A stretch of 64,000 bases of DNA, taken from contig CM030334.1 in assembly GCA_017654855.1 (NCBI GenBank), positions 2,914,001-2,978,000 on the forward strand, read 5' to 3'. Made by a program: the position numbers and the translations under genes. The notes under the pieces were generated by a model. The model was not told the origin of the DNA. It worked only from the letters and a program-made list of their open reading frames with translations, and made no database searches. Of the stretch, positions 60,818-64,000 are shown in pieces. The stretch comes from Podospora anserina. Taxonomy: Eukaryota. Position 1 is the first letter of the stretch, and each line of letters opens with the position of its first letter.

Positions 60818-63011
60818 TAAGACAGATTGTGGCTTGGGAACGCGAGAACCGAGCGGCGGCATAGGGAAATCGGACCGAGAGGGCCTAAGACATAACAAAT
60901 CGGAGGTTTGCTCCCGACATATGCAGCGCTCGAGCGGGACGAGCGCCTGCGGTTTATCGGTTTATCCTTCCGGCGCAAGGAAGGGAGGTGAGTGAGAGGC
61001 CTACAAATAATGATCTCACTGGATGGAGAGGTGGGCGTCCAAGTCTGGCGCGCCCGTTAAAGGGAGCCAATGCAAGTCATCAGAGCTTCAGCTGAGACAG
61101 AATCCCGTGCTTCTTTTTTTCTTTCTTTTTTTACAGTCTCTCTGGAGGTTACACAATTTGGCGGAGGACGATGAAGATTGAGAATGAGTAGCACCACTTG
61201 GCAATGGAGATTTAGTTGTGTTCAAGACCACATCCCCTGCTGAGCGGAAGATTGTAGATTTCCTAGAGTCCCTCAAGGCTGAAAAAGAAGGCAATTAGAA
61301 GCCAATATCGAACACTCTCTATTCATAGAATACCTCTAAGAAGACCGGACGAACCAAGACCAACCAAAACTGTAGATTGTTTTCGCCCGCAATTACATCA
61401 CGCACATCTCAGGTACCGTGGGGCAGGCCACCAGGCGGCAGAGCCCAGATATGCAGATCATGAATACAACTGCATGCGGCGCATAAAGCTTCTTTTGTGC
61501 TGGTTGTTTTATGTTTTGGTTTCCTTGATTACCCTTTCGTCCCTCTCCGGGTCATGACTCGAGCGCGTTCATCTGGCCGTATTCGGTCAGGCGTGTCTCA
61601 GGAAGACGGACACATTTACGATAAGCTTCTTCTGGTTCTGCATATGCAGCTAGTCAACGGCCAGCAACTGATGAGAACCAAGGCCGCGATGAAGCAGGCG
61701 AAAAAAAGAATTCTTCCTGCCGAAGCCATCCTCATGCAGGTTGACCGTTCGACCCCCACTACCGCACCTTACCGGCCGGTATCACGGTGCCAGCGTTTAC
61801 GGAGGTGACCACCGGGGAGAGCCGTTCCCCTGAATTCAGGGATCGCTGACACTGGCGTGACGGGCTTTCATCTCGGCAAAGTACCGTTCCACAGTGGTTT
61901 ATCAGCCCCGGTACCTGTCCGATTCCAGGCGGTGACAGACGGTCGTTGAGTGGGGAGTCTGGCGAAATTAGCGCCATCTGGGTGGGTGCTCCGTTCCTGC
62001 ATTAGCACGGGCCTGCAACGCTGCCATTGGTCTAGAAGGCCCAGCGGTCCACTTGACATCCCTGTTGGAACTTCACCGTCGTGAACCCAGGCGCCGTCCC
62101 CCCTTTTGATTAGGACGAAATTAGCAATTTCTATTCGCCCGCCGCTCTCGCGAGTGCCCACGACAGCGACAGTCCCCAGGAAACCCCCCTTCACGGAGAT
62201 TTGGGGACCAAGCAGGCAAGCTGAGCTGGCAGACCAGAGGCCTGTTCGTACCGTTGCTTCGTCTCTTCAGGGCCCGACCTTGGCGGCGAGAAGCTCAACC
62301 CCCTTCTGCTCTCCGTCCACGTTCGCTCCCAGTCGTAAATTCTAATCCTAATCACCTCACTCTTGGGAAACTTCTCCCTTTCCGCTCTTTTGCACCACCT
62401 CACCCGCCCGGACAGAACCTCCTGCTCTGCTCCTCCTTCCCCCCACGGCCAGACGGTCACCACGCTCCTTTTACTTTTTCAAACCGTCTTGCCTCTAGCA
62501 GGCGCGCCATTCTTTTCCCGCCTTGCCTTTTGACTCCCCCCGCCGACGACGATACCTTCCTTACTCGCCGCCGACACCGCTCTTTTATTCAAATTGCTTT
62601 GCGCCCTCACGAATTCTTGACGAGCTTCGGATAGATTTTAGAGCCCTTTGCGCCTGTTTGACTGCCTGTTGATACCTTGCGCCAAAAGTGAACCCTTGCC
62701 CTGTCGCGCGACTTTTCGCAGACAACACATCCCACGTCGACGTCGACCAGAAACTGGATAACGGCTTTTTTCGGTAAAATTAGAAAGGGAGGAAATATTC
62801 ACGACCAATTTCTTGTCATCTCGATCCCTACACGAATGTTATGACAACATCTTTCTGCGCAAGCTAGCATTGACGTCTTTCACCACCTCACGCCATTTCT
62901 AACGCAGATACCATCTTCTGTTGCCCTATCAACCAGCCCTTTTCACTGCGCTATCCGACCATTCTGGATTTGGAAATTGTCTAGGAAGGGAGGAATACTT
63001 GGGTTGTCAAG

Positions 63012-64000
63012 ATGGAGGGAGGATTTTTAGATGGACAGCTTTATCCCATGGGGCCTAGGGTCCCGGGACTGGAGAAGCGCGGCCTCGCCGTGGAGATGCC
63101 GACGCCAATTTCTGGAATCAAGTTCCCTCGCGCCGTTTTGGCTGCGAGAGCCGAGGAGACCGACTGCCCGGATCCGCGACTTTGCCAGAAGCCGGTTGGC
63201 TCGTCTTCCATGACCTTGCCAATTGTTCTTGGAGTATGGTAAGTAGGATGCTGGGTATGCGCGCTAGAGTGTTGTGCTAACACTCTCTAGCATTCCCTTG
63301 GTTGGAGCGATTGGTGTTTTGATTTACCTTCACCGGAGGACGGTCAAAAAGAACAGGGAGGAGGATATGCATGATCCCCACAAGTCCCTGGATTTTGGGT
63401 TGGGTGCCGATTTTGCGAAGAAGAACGGCGCCGGTGTGGCCAACAGTGCCGACCCGTCGCGCTTCAACCGTCAAAAGCGCCAGCAAATGTCAATGGACAT
63501 GAACCTTTCCAGCCCCTATCTTCTCCCGGATGTTGGCCAGTCTCGGGATTCCCTCAACTCTCTGGCCCGCACTCTCAAGGCAAACGATGACCCGTACAGC
63601 CGTAGCGATGCTGGTTCGATAAGATCGTTCGCGCACAAGAACGGAGACGCCGCCTCGGTGTACACTCGCGCTGCTAGTCGCTCTGCCAGTCGCCAGGATG
63701 GCCCGCTTTCCCCCCCTCAAACAAGGAGTCCTCCACGCCTCGGCAGCATGCCGCCCAACTCGCCCCTTTTCCCCCCATCGCCGAGCCATATGCGCCCACC
63801 ACAGTCACCCCTTCCTCAGCCACCCAACAAGCCGGCCAACTCGCAAGGGTGGGAAGAGCAAGACATTGGTGTTGCAACGGATGCGCCCATTCTTCAGCAA
63901 CCGCCCGCTGCCGCTCAAAGGGATGCTCGGAAATCTCCTCTCTCTCCTACTCTCAAGACCAGCGACTCTAGCCTTGATCTCGCTCCTCCAGTTAATCCCT
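63012..64000 (+). CDS. Skg6/Tos2-like single-pass membrane protein, 5' part; intron 63239-63290, runs off the window
   Basis: CQKP..TLPIVLGV|CIPLVGAIGVLIYLHRR..EEDMHDPHKSLDFG followed by QMSMDMNLSSPYLLP. Intron GTAAGT..GCTAAC..TAG. Confidence 0.8.

Overview
Genomic DNA of a filamentous ascomycete (Sordariales, Podospora-like; inferred from GT..CTRAC..YAG introns, gene content and a HET-E-type NACHT remnant). The conserved backbone is: 3' end of exportin CRM1, an Ecl1-family gene alone in a ~26 kb gene-poor interval, a Det1-like phosphoglycerate-mutase-family phosphatase, a PRKRIP1-like gene, CCT3, a Ser/Thr/Pro-rich single-pass membrane protein, a Hul4-like HECT E3 ligase, a TRI101/BAHD-type acyltransferase, a DUF2293-like gene, a DHX35-like DEAH helicase and the 5' part of a Skg6/Tos2-like membrane protein. 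Two accessory islands (about 1.86-4.4 kb and 30.5-33.2 kb) bracket the gene-poor interval. Each holds a copy of the same fungal HNH-endonuclease-like gene, and the two copies are in inverted orientation. The right copy keeps an open 209-codon 5' ORF but is truncated, and it sits back-to-back with an internally deleted NACHT-WD40 NLR pseudogene. The left copy keeps the homologous upstream region but is rearranged into a ~66-bp hairpin whose antisense arm is 74/78 nt identical to the right copy. It is interleaved with a 21-23-bp minisatellite and lacks the nuclease core. A second 21-bp-period repeat family lies downstream of both HNH copies and of the NLR remnant. The best candidate for an undescribed system is a repeat-flanked, possibly mobile or selfish HNH gene family with a paralog-derived hairpin-RNA suppressor. 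The sequence structure is directly visible; the function is inference.
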